Assembly (NCBI GenBank): GCA_036446035.1
Contig: JAZFSG010000095.1
Span: 1-49,197 of the forward strand
From: Acidimicrobiia bacterium
Lineage (GTDB): Bacteria; Actinomycetota; Acidimicrobiia; Spongiisociales; JAOTWH01
Reading direction: 5' to 3'
DNA: 49,197 nucleotides
Shown here: one piece after another, positions 1 through 9,823 of the stretch
How the letters are laid out: each line of letters starts with the position of its first letter
How positions within the stretch are numbered: the stretch's first letter is position 1
Made by a program: the position numbers and the translations under genes
The notes under the pieces: model-generated
Database searches by the model: none
Seen by the model: the letters and a program-made list of their open reading frames with translations, nothing else
Told to the model about the DNA's origin: nothing

Positions 1-375
1 CAGGTATGCGAACTCGGGTTTGGTTGCCACGAACATCGTCACGATGCCCGAGAGGTTGCGATTCATCTGGGCCATCGAGAGTTCGTAATCGAAGTCGCTG
101 ATCGCTCGCAGCCCTTTGACGATGACATCGGCGTCGATCGATGCTGCCTGGTCGACGAGGAGGCCCTCGAACGTGGTCAACTCGACGTTGCCCATCGGGT
201 CGCAAGACGTCGCCAGCATGGCAAGGCGCTCGACGTCACTGAAGAGAGGCTGTTTGGTCGAATTGAGAAGTATCGCCACAACGACGCTATCGAACACGGC
301 CGAGCAGCGAGAGATCACGTCGATGTGCCCGTTGGTCGGTGGGTCGAAACTTCCTGGTACTAGCGCTGTGCTCAT
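1..375 (-). CDS. coaD: Pantetheine-phosphate adenylyltransferase (3'-truncated by window edge)
   Basis: Not in the ORF track. Manual translation from ATG at 375 gives MSTALVPGSFDPPTNGHIDVI...KGLRAISDFDYELSMAQMNR, with the PGSFDP/HxD and KGLR..SDFDYE motifs. Usual recG-rsmD-coaD order. Confidence 0.95.
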   Translation of the reverse strand, partial: MSTALVPGSFDPPTNGHIDVISRCSAVFDSVVVAILLNSTKQPLFSDVERLAMLATSCDPMGNVELTTFEGLLVDQAASIDADVIVKGLRAISDFDYELSMAQMNRNLSGIVTMFVATKPEFAYL

Positions 376-377
376 GG

Positions 378-914
378 TTATCTGCGTTGGTATCGCCACA
401 GGACGGAATCTCCGTACCTGCGGTCGCCGAGCACCGTCATCCGCGACGGCACCCGCACCTCGGGCTCGCCGGCCCTCCGGTGCACAACAACGGTAGCCGC
501 AGAGGCAGTCGCCGACACGAGATCCTCCAGCAGCGCCGCGATGACGTCCGCTTCCATGGCGAATGGAGGATCGACGAAGACCAGGTCGAACGAACCACCG
601 AGACGTCGAACAGCGGAGACGGCATCCCCGGCGATGATCTCGCCGTCAAAACCGGTGGCCTCGAGGTTGGAACGAAGCGACTTCAGCGCCGGCCTTGCCT
701 TCTCTATGAAGGTGGCGCTGGCGGCGCCGCGACTGAGGGCCTCGATGCCGAGTGATCCTGACCCGGCGAACAGATCGAGCACTCGGGCGCCTGTGACCTC
801 GGGGGCGATGGCGCTGAACAGAGCCTCCCTCGCGCGCGATGTCATCGGGCGGGTATCGAGGCCCTTCGGCGCGGTTAGTTTGCGGCCCTTGGCGGTGCCG
901 GCGATCACCCTCAC
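378..914 (-). CDS. rsmD: 16S rRNA m2G966 methyltransferase RsmD
   Basis: RVIAG..KGR, TRP, REALF, LDLFAGSGSLGIEALSRGA and DPPF motifs. Start moved to GTG 914, which overlaps the recG stop (GTGA). Confidence 0.92.
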   Translation of the reverse strand: MRVIAGTAKGRKLTAPKGLDTRPMTSRAREALFSAIAPEVTGARVLDLFAGSGSLGIEALSRGAASATFIEKARPALKSLRSNLEATGFDGEIIAGDAVSAVRRLGGSFDLVFVDPPFAMEADVIAALLEDLVSATASAATVVVHRRAGEPEVRVPSRMTVLGDRRYGDSVLWRYQRR

Positions 915-3082
915 GAGATGAACAGCCATTCGACGTCCTCGCCGAGCAAGGCCCGGATCTCCTCGGCGAGATCCGGGTAGCGCCCAAGCGAGGGGTCGCT
1001 GTCGACAAGGGCGAAGGCTTCCCTCCTGGCATCCACCAGTAGATCGAAGTCCTTGAGAATGTCGGCCAGCTTTAGATCCGCCATACCGGCCTGGCGGGCG
1101 CCGAACACCGTGCCCTGACCTCGAATCGCCAGGTCCTCCTCGGCCAGCCGAAAGCCATCTGTGGTCTCGGTCATTGCGGCGATCCGCCGCTCCCCCTCGG
1201 TGGTTGTGGGCTCGGCTACGAGAATGCAGGTCGCAGCGTGCTCCCCTCGGCCGACCCTGCCCCGCAGCTGGTGGAGCTGGGAGAGGCCAAAGCGATCCGC
1301 ATCCTCTATGAGCATGACAGTCGCGTTCGGAATGTCGATCCCGACCTCGATGACGGTGGTGGCAACGAGAACGTCGACGTCTCCAGCCCGCACCGAGGTC
1401 ATCACCGCCTCCTTGTCCTTGGGGGGCAGCTGCCCGTGGATCAGCCCGAGTCGGAGATCACTGAAGACGGCGCCCAGTCGTTCGTACTCGGCGGTCGCCG
1501 AAGCCGCGTACACCTTGTCGGAATCCTCGACCAGAGGGCACACCACGAAGGCCTGCCTGCCGGCGGCCGCCTCGGAGCGGATGAGGTCGTGGGCCGAACT
1601 CTGAGCGCCGGGAAGAAGGTGGATGGTCTTCGTGGGTGAGCGACCCGGCGGCATCTCGTCGATCACCGAGACGTCGAGGTCGCCGTAGAGAGTCATCGAC
1701 AGGGTGCGAGGGATCGGGGTCGCGGTCATGATCAGCAGATCGGGCTCGACGGCTCCACCCTTGGCACGCAACGACACCCGCTGATGCACCCCGAAGCGAT
1801 GCTGCTCGTCGACGACGGCAACGCCCAGCCGGGCGAACTCGACGCTCTCCTGGATCAACGAGTGGGTTCCGACAACGATGTCGACCGCCCCGTTGGCGAT
1901 GTACTCGATGACATCGTCTCGGGAAGCGTCCTGGAAGTTGACGGTGGCGTTGTTGGCGGTCAGCAGAGCCATCCGCACTCCTCTGGCATCGGTCGGGGAG
2001 AAAAGGTCGTCCATGCCAAGAGCCGCGCCCTCCCCCCGGAATGGTGGAGCCATCCCGGCGCCTGCCAGCAGGTCGGTGATGCTCAGGTAGTGCTGGTCGG
2101 CAAGCACTTCGGTGGGAGCCATGACCGCGGTCTGGTAGCCGCCTTCAACAGCAGCGAGCAGCGAAGCAACGGCAACAACCGTCTTGCCACTTCCGACCTC
2201 TCCTTGTAGCAGCCGGTGCATCGGGTGAGGGCGCGATAGGTCGTGGCGTATCTCACTCATCACCCTCTCCTGGGCGTCGGTGAGCGGATAGGGAAGCCCC
2301 GATATGAACTCATCTGCCAGCTCACCGTCGACCTCATGGGCGATGCCCTTGGCGTCTTCGATCTGGCGGTGCTTACGCATGGCAAGGGCCACCTCGAGCC
2401 GAAACAGCTCGTCGAATACCAGCCGCCTACGGGCCGCCTGGGCTTCTTCCATGTGCTCGGGGAAGTGGACGCCGGCGATGGCAGAGTCACGGTCGACAAG
2501 GTCGAGTCGGTCGAGAATCTCCTGCGGCACGGCCTCGGCTATCGGTCGACTGCGGTTCAGGGCGTTGTGGATGGCCCGCCGCAGGTAGCCGGGCCCGATC
2601 CCTGCGACCGTTGGGTGCACCGGCACCACGCGGCCCGTCACCAACGACTCCCCGGGCTTGTCGAGCACATCGACGTCTGGAGAGTTGATCTGCAGCTTGC
2701 CGCGATAACGCTCGACCTTGCCGGAAAGGGCAACCTCACTGCCTTCGGTGAGTTGGCGGACCCGGAACGCTTGGTTGAACCAGACTGCGAACAGATAGCT
2801 GTCCCCGTCGAAGAGAGTGGCATCGACGATCGTGAGCTTGCCCCGGGCACAGCGCATCTTCACCGAGGTGATGGTGCCAACGGCGGTGACCTCCTCCCCC
2901 GGCGGGAGCTCCGCTATCGGCAGAACGCGCGATCGGTCGATGTAGCGGCGGGGGGCATGCACCAGGAGGTCTGCAACTGTCGAGATCCCTGATTCGGCGA
3001 GCTTGTCTGCGCGCTTCCCACCTAGCCCTTTGACCTCACCAGCGCTGATCCTCGACAGATAGGCGAGGCTACGGCCGCTCAC
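911..3082 (-). CDS. recG: ATP-dependent DNA helicase RecG
   Basis: Wedge/OB domain, RLLQGEVGSGKT, MAPTEVLA.QH, VDEQHRFGV.QR, MTATPIPRTL, QLHQLRGRVGRG, DGF.LAEEDL..RG.G. Confidence 0.97.
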   Translation of the reverse strand: MSGRSLAYLSRISAGEVKGLGGKRADKLAESGISTVADLLVHAPRRYIDRSRVLPIAELPPGEEVTAVGTITSVKMRCARGKLTIVDATLFDGDSYLFAVWFNQAFRVRQLTEGSEVALSGKVERYRGKLQINSPDVDVLDKPGESLVTGRVVPVHPTVAGIGPGYLRRAIHNALNRSRPIAEAVPQEILDRLDLVDRDSAIAGVHFPEHMEEAQAARRRLVFDELFRLEVALAMRKHRQIEDAKGIAHEVDGELADEFISGLPYPLTDAQERVMSEIRHDLSRPHPMHRLLQGEVGSGKTVVAVASLLAAVEGGYQTAVMAPTEVLADQHYLSITDLLAGAGMAPPFRGEGAALGMDDLFSPTDARGVRMALLTANNATVNFQDASRDDVIEYIANGAVDIVVGTHSLIQESVEFARLGVAVVDEQHRFGVHQRVSLRAKGGAVEPDLLIMTATPIPRTLSMTLYGDLDVSVIDEMPPGRSPTKTIHLLPGAQSSAHDLIRSEAAAGRQAFVVCPLVEDSDKVYAASATAEYERLGAVFSDLRLGLIHGQLPPKDKEAVMTSVRAGDVDVLVATTVIEVGIDIPNATVMLIEDADRFGLSQLHQLRGRVGRGEHAATCILVAEPTTTEGERRIAAMTETTDGFRLAEEDLAIRGQGTVFGARQAGMADLKLADILKDFDLLVDARREAFALVDSDPSLGRYPDLAEEIRALLGEDVEWLFIS

Positions 3083-3087
3083 GGCGG

Positions 3088-3297
3088 CTAACGGCCGTCG
3101 GAACCGAAGCGAAGGTGATGGGCGAACTGCTTGCCATCGCGCTCTTCGGTGTCAAAGACGACCCGCTGGCCTTGACGGAGGGTGCGAAAGAGACTCTCGG
3201 AGAGAGATCCTGGACCAAGGAAGATCTCGGAACGGTCGTCGGAGACGATGATGCCGATGCCCGTGCCGGGGTCGTAACTCTTGACGACGCCCTGCAT
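3088..3297 (-). CDS. Cold-shock-domain (OB-fold) small protein, 69 aa
   Basis: MQGVVKSYDPGTGIGIIVSDDRSEIF...FRTLRQGQRVVF resembles the CSD fold. ATG 3297 overlaps the rpmB stop (TGATG). Confidence 0.8.
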   Translation of the reverse strand: MQGVVKSYDPGTGIGIIVSDDRSEIFLGPGSLSESLFRTLRQGQRVVFDTEERDGKQFAHHLRFGSDGR

Positions 3298-3485
3298 CAG
3301 GCCTTCTCGATCTTGCCCGCCTTGATGCAAGACGTGCACACCCGGATGCGACGCGAGTTGCTGCCATGGCGCACTCGGACGCGCTGGATATTCGGCAGCC
3401 AGCGACGGCTGGACCGCTTGTGTGAGAAGCTGACTTGCTTGCCGACCCACGGTTCTTTGCCGCAGACCTCGCATCGATAGGACAT
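3297..3485 (-). CDS. rpmB: 50S ribosomal protein L28 (Zn-ribbon type, two CxxC)
   Basis: CEVCGK.P..G..VSFSHKRS.RRWLPNIQRVR...VCTSCIKAGK; AGGAG RBS upstream. Confidence 0.96.
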   Translation of the reverse strand: MSYRCEVCGKEPWVGKQVSFSHKRSSRRWLPNIQRVRVRHGSNSRRIRVCTSCIKAGKIEKA

Positions 3486-3587
3486 CTATGAACTCCTGGA
3501 GCGCCGCGAGGATAGCGAGCCGGTGCTGAGGCCCTCGCCGAAAGCCGGGGGTAGAGTGCGCTGGAACCGACAATAGGAGGGTAATTC

Positions 3588-3821
3588 GTGGTCGAGGCCT
3601 ACATCTTGATCCAGAGCGAGGTCGGCAAGGCTGCTCAAGTAGCTCAGGCAGTTGCAGGGATTCCGGGCGTCACAGAAGCCAAGGCCGTTACCGGTCCCTA
3701 CGACGCCATCATCCACGCCGAGGCTGACGACGTCGACGGACTCGGCAAACTCGTCGTCGCTCGTATCCAAGCAGTCGAAGGCATCACTCGCACACTCACC
3801 TGTCCAGTCGTCAACGTCTAG
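3588..3821 (+). CDS. Lrp/AsnC ligand-binding-domain protein
   Basis: AYILIQ.EVGKA..V...VTGPYD.I...V.RIQ.VEGITRTLTCPV; GGAGG RBS. Conserved actinobacterial neighbour of rpmB/ddl. Confidence 0.88.
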   Translation: MVEAYILIQSEVGKAAQVAQAVAGIPGVTEAKAVTGPYDAIIHAEADDVDGLGKLVVARIQAVEGITRTLTCPVVNV

Positions 3822-3833
3822 GAGACGTTTCCC

Positions 3834-5411
3834 GTGCGACAGGTCCTTGGCGCGCTCGCAGTCGCCGCGACGGTTCTCGTCGCCGCCCCAGCGTCGGCAT
3901 CAGTCTCTAACGGTCAGATCGCTTTCTCAACCTCGCGCGACGGCAACTTCGAGATCTACGTCATGGACGCGGACGGCGGCAACAAGACCCGCCTGACGTC
4001 GAACAGCGCCACCGACCTCGGTCCAGCATTCTCGCCAGACGGCACGAGGATCGCCTTCTCCTCGCTGCGGAACGGCAACTGGGACATCTATGTGATGGAC
4101 GCAGACGGCTCCGACGAGGCCAGGGTCACCACGGACGCCGCCTTCGACGGTGAACCGTCATGGTCCCCGGACGGCTCGACGATCGTCTTCTCCTCGGAGC
4201 GTGATGGGTCCCGCAACATCTACCGCGTCGATGCCGACGGCAGCGACGCCTTCGCCCTCACCGCCACCGCGTTCACAGACGCCAATCCGCGGTGGTCGCC
4301 GAACGGCACCACCATCGCCTTCGACTCCTCGCGAGATGGAAACCGCGACATCTTCGTCATGAATACAGACGGCACCGGACAAACCCCGATAACGACCGAC
4401 CCAGCCGATGACTCGCTTCCCTCGTGGTCACCTGACGGTTCCCGGATCGCATTCACAACCGATCGCGACGGCAACAACGAGATCTACGTCGTGGAAGCCG
4501 ACGGCGTCAATCGGATCCGCCTGACAACCAACGCCGCCTCCGACACGGGAGCCGGCTGGTCCCCAGACGGCTCCAAGCTCGCCTTCTGGTCGCTCCGAAG
4601 CGGTGACGCCGACATCTTCACGATGGACGCAGACGGCGGAGGTGTTCTCAAGCTGACCTCGTCGAGCGCCTTCGACAGCTCGCCGTCGTGGCAAACGCTG
4701 ATCTCGACGCCCGTCGGCCTCGTCGACAGGACACAGGGCTTCTGGCACCTGCGCACCATCGATGGCAACGTCGCAGGCTTCTTCTACGGCAATCCGTTCG
4801 ACATCCCGCTCATGGGCGATTGGGACTGCGACGGCGTCGACACCCCGGGTCAGTTTCGACCGTCGAACGGCCTCGTCTACGTGCGCAACACCAACACCAG
4901 CGGCATCGCGGACGCCGACTACTTCGTCGGTAATCCCGGAGACATCCCGCTGTCGGGCGACTTCGACGGCGACGGCTGTGACACCGTCGCCGTGTACCGA
5001 CCGGCGAACCGCACCGTCTACCTCTTCAACAGCCTCGGTGCCGGTGGGGCGGGGCTCGGAGCAGCAGACATAGCCTTCGAGTTCGGCAACCCTGGCGACC
5101 TGCCGTTCGCCGGCGACTTCGATGGCGACGGCACCGACACAGTTGGCGTGCACCGCCCTGGTACCAACTTCGTCTACTTGCGTAACACCAACTCTGCCGG
5201 ATTCGCCGACACCAAGTTCTTCTTCGGCAGGATCGGCGACATCGTGTTCGCCAGCGACTTCAACGGGGACTCACGCGATTCGGTCGCGGCGTTCCGTCCG
5301 GACACCAGTCAGTTCGTGATCCAGTTCGTCAACGGAACGCGTCCGCCGGATGAGGTGTTCACGTTCGGAAGCGAAGATTGGTATCCCGTGGCAGGAGCGT
5401 TCGGCTTCTAG
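3834..5411 (+). CDS. Secreted TolB/PD40 beta-propeller protein with C-terminal GD(W/F)DGDG repeat module
   Basis: Signal peptide ending ASA, about six P.WSPDG..IAF.S.RDGN.DIYVM repeats, then four full G.PGD.P..GDFDGDG.DT...RP repeats. Confidence 0.85.
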   Translation: MRQVLGALAVAATVLVAAPASASVSNGQIAFSTSRDGNFEIYVMDADGGNKTRLTSNSATDLGPAFSPDGTRIAFSSLRNGNWDIYVMDADGSDEARVTTDAAFDGEPSWSPDGSTIVFSSERDGSRNIYRVDADGSDAFALTATAFTDANPRWSPNGTTIAFDSSRDGNRDIFVMNTDGTGQTPITTDPADDSLPSWSPDGSRIAFTTDRDGNNEIYVVEADGVNRIRLTTNAASDTGAGWSPDGSKLAFWSLRSGDADIFTMDADGGGVLKLTSSSAFDSSPSWQTLISTPVGLVDRTQGFWHLRTIDGNVAGFFYGNPFDIPLMGDWDCDGVDTPGQFRPSNGLVYVRNTNTSGIADADYFVGNPGDIPLSGDFDGDGCDTVAVYRPANRTVYLFNSLGAGGAGLGAADIAFEFGNPGDLPFAGDFDGDGTDTVGVHRPGTNFVYLRNTNSAGFADTKFFFGRIGDIVFASDFNGDSRDSVAAFRPDTSQFVIQFVNGTRPPDEVFTFGSEDWYPVAGAFGF

Positions 5412-6397
5412 GGGCGGTCGAGCGCCAGCTGCACGAGCTCATCGCAGAGCTCGGCGTAGGTCATCCCGGTGGCCAGCCACATCTTGGGGAAGCCACTGAT
5501 GGGTGTGAACCCCGGCATCGTGTTGACCTCGTTGACCAGAAAGCCCCGCTCGGCGTGGTAGCGGAAGTCCACCCTCGCCAGGCCGACACAGCCGAGGACC
5601 TCGAAGGCTCTGGCCGCCAGGACCCGCACCTCCTCGGTCTGTGAAGGAGTCAGGTCGGCAGGCGCCACGAACTCGGACGTGTCGTCTTTGTACTTTGCGT
5701 CAAAGTCGTACCACTCGCCCGCCAGCTTGATCTCCCCCGGAAGCGAGGTCCGCGGCCCCTCGAGGACCGCAACCTCGATCTCACGACCGGGAATGCTCTC
5801 TTCCAGGAGGACCTTCTCTGACAAGGCGAAAGCAGCATCGAGCGCCGCCGACAGCGCCGTTGGGTCGTCCACCCGGGAAACACCGAGCGACGATCCCATG
5901 GAGGCGGGCTTCACGAAGAGCGGGTAGCCGATCTCATCGGCCACCGCAGCCTCCTCCGGGGAGTGGATCGCCCGGTAACGAGCCGTCGGCAATCCGGCAT
6001 GCTCGAAGAGACGCTTGGCGATGTCCTTGTCCATCGCCAGGGCCGAACCCAGAACACCGCAGCCGACGTAGCGAACACCGGCCATGTCGAACATGCCCTG
6101 AATCGTGCCATCCTCGCCGAACGGGCCATGCAGCACGGGGAAAACGACGTCGAATGGGATTGACCCATCGGGTCCCGATATCGTTCCCTCGGGAATCGAG
6201 AAGGAGACCGTCGGGCCAGCTGCTACGAGAGGGTCGGACCCGCTCGCAGCGAGGTGCCAGCTCCCCGAACGATCGATGCCCACAGGCAGGACCTCGTGGC
6301 CGGCTCCATCAAGCGCCTCGAGAATCGCGACCGCAGAAACGCAGGAAATCTCATGTTCGGCCGATCTTCCGCCGAAAACGAGCAAGACATGAGCCAT
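5408..6397 (-). CDS. ddl: D-alanine--D-alanine ligase
   Basis: FGGRSAEHEIS, FPVLHGPFGEDGTIQG, FVKPASMGSS.GVS, YDFDAKY, NEVNTMPGFTPIS. Confidence 0.96.
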   Translation of the reverse strand: MAHVLLVFGGRSAEHEISCVSAVAILEALDGAGHEVLPVGIDRSGSWHLAASGSDPLVAAGPTVSFSIPEGTISGPDGSIPFDVVFPVLHGPFGEDGTIQGMFDMAGVRYVGCGVLGSALAMDKDIAKRLFEHAGLPTARYRAIHSPEEAAVADEIGYPLFVKPASMGSSLGVSRVDDPTALSAALDAAFALSEKVLLEESIPGREIEVAVLEGPRTSLPGEIKLAGEWYDFDAKYKDDTSEFVAPADLTPSQTEEVRVLAARAFEVLGCVGLARVDFRYHAERGFLVNEVNTMPGFTPISGFPKMWLATGMTYAELCDELVQLALDRP

Positions 6398-6436
6398 CCC
6401 ATCGAGCCTATCGCCACGCCCTCAAAGGCCTCACTG

Positions 6437-8197
6437 GTGCGCTCGCCGTACAGACGCCGCGTTGCTCTGATCATGGCGACGATCACGGCGGCGGGCGGCG
6501 GTGCTCTGCTCTACGCAACCATCGACCGCGACGCCCTGGACGATTCGACTATGTGGATGCCCCTGGTGGCCATCGGTGTCACGACCCTGGTGATGGCATC
6601 CTGGCGCTGGAGAAGGGGCAACAGCCTGCTCGTCGACGTCCCTGCCCTGGCTTGGGCAGCGGTCGTGTTGTGGGGCTTGCTTGCCGGCGCTCGCCTGTTC
6701 GAAGAGGTCCCCCCGACGGCGGCGTTCGCCACCGCAACGCTCATCGGCATCTCGCTCCTGGCCCGGCCACTACCCGTTGGCATCATGGCGATCGCCACCC
6801 TTGGCACCTATTACGTGACCACCCGCCAGGTCGAACCACCGCCAGCCGGGTGGGATCTATGGGTTCCGTATGCCGGCCTGGCATCAGTCGTGTTCATCGC
6901 GGCGGCGGCAGCTGCCGCCTTGAACATCTCATCGCGACGCAGCGATACGCAGCTGATCAACATGGCCACAAAGGAGAGGGAGCTGGAGCGGCGCAGCGCC
7001 GACATCGAGCGCCTCTACGACATAAGCAGCACGCTCGGCGCCGGCCACAGTAGGGCCGAAGTCCTCCCTGAGCTGGTGGCCAAGGTGGCCATCTCCGTCA
7101 ACGCCAAGGTCGGGTTGGTTGCGATGTACAACCCTGCCGAGCAGGCGCTCGAGGTCATCTCGCCCATCTGGGTGGCAGGCCACGCGCTGCGCGCCGAGGG
7201 TTACGTGCTTCCGCTCACCGAGAAGAGCTTCAGTCAGCAGGTCTTCGTGTCAGACACGGCCGAGTTCTCCAACTCGATCGATGGGGACGGACTGCTGCGC
7301 GACCTTGACGCCACCCGGGCTGCGGCAGTGCCCCTGCACCGAGAGTCTCGGACCATCGGAGTGATGATGGTCACGGACAAGGAGAGTGGACCATTCGAGG
7401 AGAGCGATCTCAGCCTCCTGAAGTCACTGGCAGCTCCAGCGGCGCTGATCCTCGAGCACTTCACGCGCTTCGAGGAGGCCAAGGCGACCAGTGAGAAGAT
7501 GACGGAGCTGGCCCAGCTGAAGAGTGACTTCGTCTCCGTGACGAGCCACGAGCTGAGAACTCCCCTTACCTCGATCATCGGGAGTCTGGCGACGCTTGCC
7601 AGGCCCGAGCTGGCGCCAACAGATCCTGGTGCCCTGCAGCTCCTGTCCTCGGCACAGCGACAGGCCGATCGCCTCAAGAGGCTCATCGAGGACCTCCTGA
7701 CTGCTTCACGCCTCGACAACAGGGCTCTGCCGTTGCGGCCCCAGTCGATCGATCTCGCCGAGTTCGTACGCGACGCGGTACGGAGTCTTCCGGCAGCAGA
7801 CGAGTTCGTTTCCCTCGATCTGGCGACCGAGATCCCCACCCTCAACGCCGATCCAGACCACGTCAGGCGCATCGTCGTCAACCTCGTCGAGAATGCGATG
7901 AAGTACGCGCCCGGATCGAAGATCGAAGTCGTCGCCAAGGCATCCGGCAAAGAGGTGTGGGTGTCCGTCGTCGACCATGGTCCCGGCGTCCCCTACGAGC
8001 TTCACGACCACATCTTCGACAGGTTCACCCAGGTCGGCGACCACGCAACTCGGGTGAAGGGCGGCACCGGCCTCGGCCTTTCGATCGTGCGGGGTCTCGC
8101 TGAGGCCATGGGCGGTCGCGTTTGGTACGAACCAACCATCGGCGGCGGGGCGACCTTCTCACTGGCCCTGCCGCTGCAGCAGCGGACCCTCAGCTAG
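6437..8197 (+). CDS. Membrane sensor histidine kinase (multi-TM, GAF, HisKA, HATPase); start uncertain (GTG 6437 or ATG 6389)
   Basis: Several hydrophobic helices and a GAF-like segment; H-box SHELRTPLT, N-box NLVENAMKY, DHGPG, GGTGLGL. Confidence 0.9.
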   Translation: MRSPYRRRVALIMATITAAGGGALLYATIDRDALDDSTMWMPLVAIGVTTLVMASWRWRRGNSLLVDVPALAWAAVVLWGLLAGARLFEEVPPTAAFATATLIGISLLARPLPVGIMAIATLGTYYVTTRQVEPPPAGWDLWVPYAGLASVVFIAAAAAAALNISSRRSDTQLINMATKERELERRSADIERLYDISSTLGAGHSRAEVLPELVAKVAISVNAKVGLVAMYNPAEQALEVISPIWVAGHALRAEGYVLPLTEKSFSQQVFVSDTAEFSNSIDGDGLLRDLDATRAAAVPLHRESRTIGVMMVTDKESGPFEESDLSLLKSLAAPAALILEHFTRFEEAKATSEKMTELAQLKSDFVSVTSHELRTPLTSIIGSLATLARPELAPTDPGALQLLSSAQRQADRLKRLIEDLLTASRLDNRALPLRPQSIDLAEFVRDAVRSLPAADEFVSLDLATEIPTLNADPDHVRRIVVNLVENAMKYAPGSKIEVVAKASGKEVWVSVVDHGPGVPYELHDHIFDRFTQVGDHATRVKGGTGLGLSIVRGLAEAMGGRVWYEPTIGGGATFSLALPLQQRTLS

Positions 8198-8973
8198 TCG
8201 CCGGCAGCAGCGATGGCGTGGAAGCCGCCGTCGACGTGCACTACCTCTCCCGTGGTGGCCATCGCCCAGTCAGATAGCAGCACGCAGATCATCCTCGCCA
8301 CCGGGTCGGGGTTGGCGGTGTCCCACGGCAAGGGCGAGCGCTCATCCCAGACGGCGGAGAACCTCTCGAAGCCGGGAATCGACTTGGCGGCGACTGTACC
8401 AAGGGGACCTGCCGACACCGCGTTGACCCTGATGCCCTTCGGTCCGAGGTCGCGGGCCAGGTAGCGGGTTATCGCGACCAGCGCCGCCTTGGCCACTCCC
8501 ATCCAGTCGTACCCAGGCCATGCCTGGCGATTGTCGAAGTCGAGCGTCACCAGGGAGCCGCCGCCTGCCTTCTCCATGAGAGGAAGCAGGCCGGCCGCCA
8601 ACGCTTTGTAGGAGTAGGCGGATGTCGTGAATGCCGTTGCCGCGCTCTCGGATGGCGTGTTGAGGAAATTGCCGCCGAGAGCGTCGTCCGGCGCGAAGCC
8701 GATGGCGTGCAGCGCTCCGTCCACGGCGCCCCACCGCTGTGTCAAGTCGGCGACAAGTGCATCCATGTGGGCTGGGTCGTTGATGTCGAGTTCGAGGACC
8801 TCTGGCGGCTTCGAGAGTCGCTGCGCCGATCTCTCCGTGATGCTCATCCCTCGACCGAAGCCAGTGAGAACGATGTCGGCGCCCTCCTCCTGGGCCACAC
8901 GGGCGCAGTGGAAGGCGATGGAGTCATCGGTGAGGACACCGGTGATAACCAGACGTTTTCCATCTAACAACAC
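8194..8973 (-). CDS. fabI: Enoyl-ACP reductase FabI (InhA-type)
   Basis: LVITGVLTDDSIAF, LHAIGFAP, YDWMGVAKAAL, VNAVSAGPL, TTGEVVHVDGG. Confidence 0.93.
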   Translation of the reverse strand: MLLDGKRLVITGVLTDDSIAFHCARVAQEEGADIVLTGFGRGMSITERSAQRLSKPPEVLELDINDPAHMDALVADLTQRWGAVDGALHAIGFAPDDALGGNFLNTPSESAATAFTTSAYSYKALAAGLLPLMEKAGGGSLVTLDFDNRQAWPGYDWMGVAKAALVAITRYLARDLGPKGIRVNAVSAGPLGTVAAKSIPGFERFSAVWDERSPLPWDTANPDPVARMICVLLSDWAMATTGEVVHVDGGFHAIAAAGD

Positions 8974-8989
8974 GAGGGCACTCTAGGTA

Positions 8990-9349
8990 TCAGCCAACGT
9001 TGGAGTACGCCCGAAGGCCTAGACCCATTACGAAGAGAAGCAGAAGTCCGTAGGCCAGGGCCGGCTTCTTCGCCAACGTCGGACGGTAGATGTAGGCGAA
9101 GGAGAGCGTGAACAGGATGACCATTCCGTAAAAGACGTGAAACGTGTCGGGCCGCAGATCACGCGCGTACAGGATGAGGCCGAGGCCGACCTGCACCAGC
9201 ATCGCCGAAATCGCGATACCACGACCCCATGAGAAGAGGACGGTCGGCGCCGTCTTGCGAAGATGGAGGGCGAGGCCCCAGAGTCCGACGCCACCGTTGG
9301 TGATAGTTGCGACCCAGAACCAGGCCCTATGAAGCTCGAGAACGCTCAT
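8990..9349 (-). CDS. Small membrane protein (about 4 TM), unknown function
   Basis: Hydrophobic 119-aa ORF filling the gap in a co-directional cluster; FH.FYG motif. Confidence 0.7.
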   Translation of the reverse strand: MSVLELHRAWFWVATITNGGVGLWGLALHLRKTAPTVLFSWGRGIAISAMLVQVGLGLILYARDLRPDTFHVFYGMVILFTLSFAYIYRPTLAKKPALAYGLLLLFVMGLGLRAYSNVG

Positions 9350-9352
9350 CGT

Positions 9353-9823
9353 CTATTCACTGAGATCGGCGATCGTCACCGATAGGTGCTGGAACAGCGC
9401 GGCGCTCGACAGGTGGATGTTGACTCCGTGGGCCCCTCCGCCGATGGCGACCTGCCCGTCTGGCACGGACGAGTCTGCGAACACCGGGAACCTGGACGCG
9501 GCGCCGAGCGGAGTGATGGCGCCACGCTCATAGCCGGTGGCCTCTCTGGCTTCTTCGGCTGATGGCATCGTCACTCTGGAGACGCCAAGTGCCTTGCGCA
9601 GTTTCGGCCAAGACATCTGGCGCGGACCTGGCATGAGGATGAACAGGTAGTCGTCGGTGCCTCGGCGGACGATCAGCGACTTCAGGAGATGCTCTGCGTC
9701 GATTCCCTGAAGCTCGGCGCTCTCCTCAACCGACTTAGCCCGCTCGGTTCGCACTACGTCGAATTCGATGTCGGAGCCCTCGAGCTCAGCGATGGCCGGA
9801 GTCGACTCAGGCTCAGATCTCAT
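9353..9823 (-). CDS. YbaK/EbsC aminoacyl-tRNA editing family protein
   Basis: LLKSLIVR, W.KLRKALG, A.EATGYERGAITPLG, IGGGAHG. Confidence 0.85.
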   Translation of the reverse strand: MRSEPESTPAIAELEGSDIEFDVVRTERAKSVEESAELQGIDAEHLLKSLIVRRGTDDYLFILMPGPRQMSWPKLRKALGVSRVTMPSAEEAREATGYERGAITPLGAASRFPVFADSSVPDGQVAIGGGAHGVNIHLSSAALFQHLSVTIADLSE

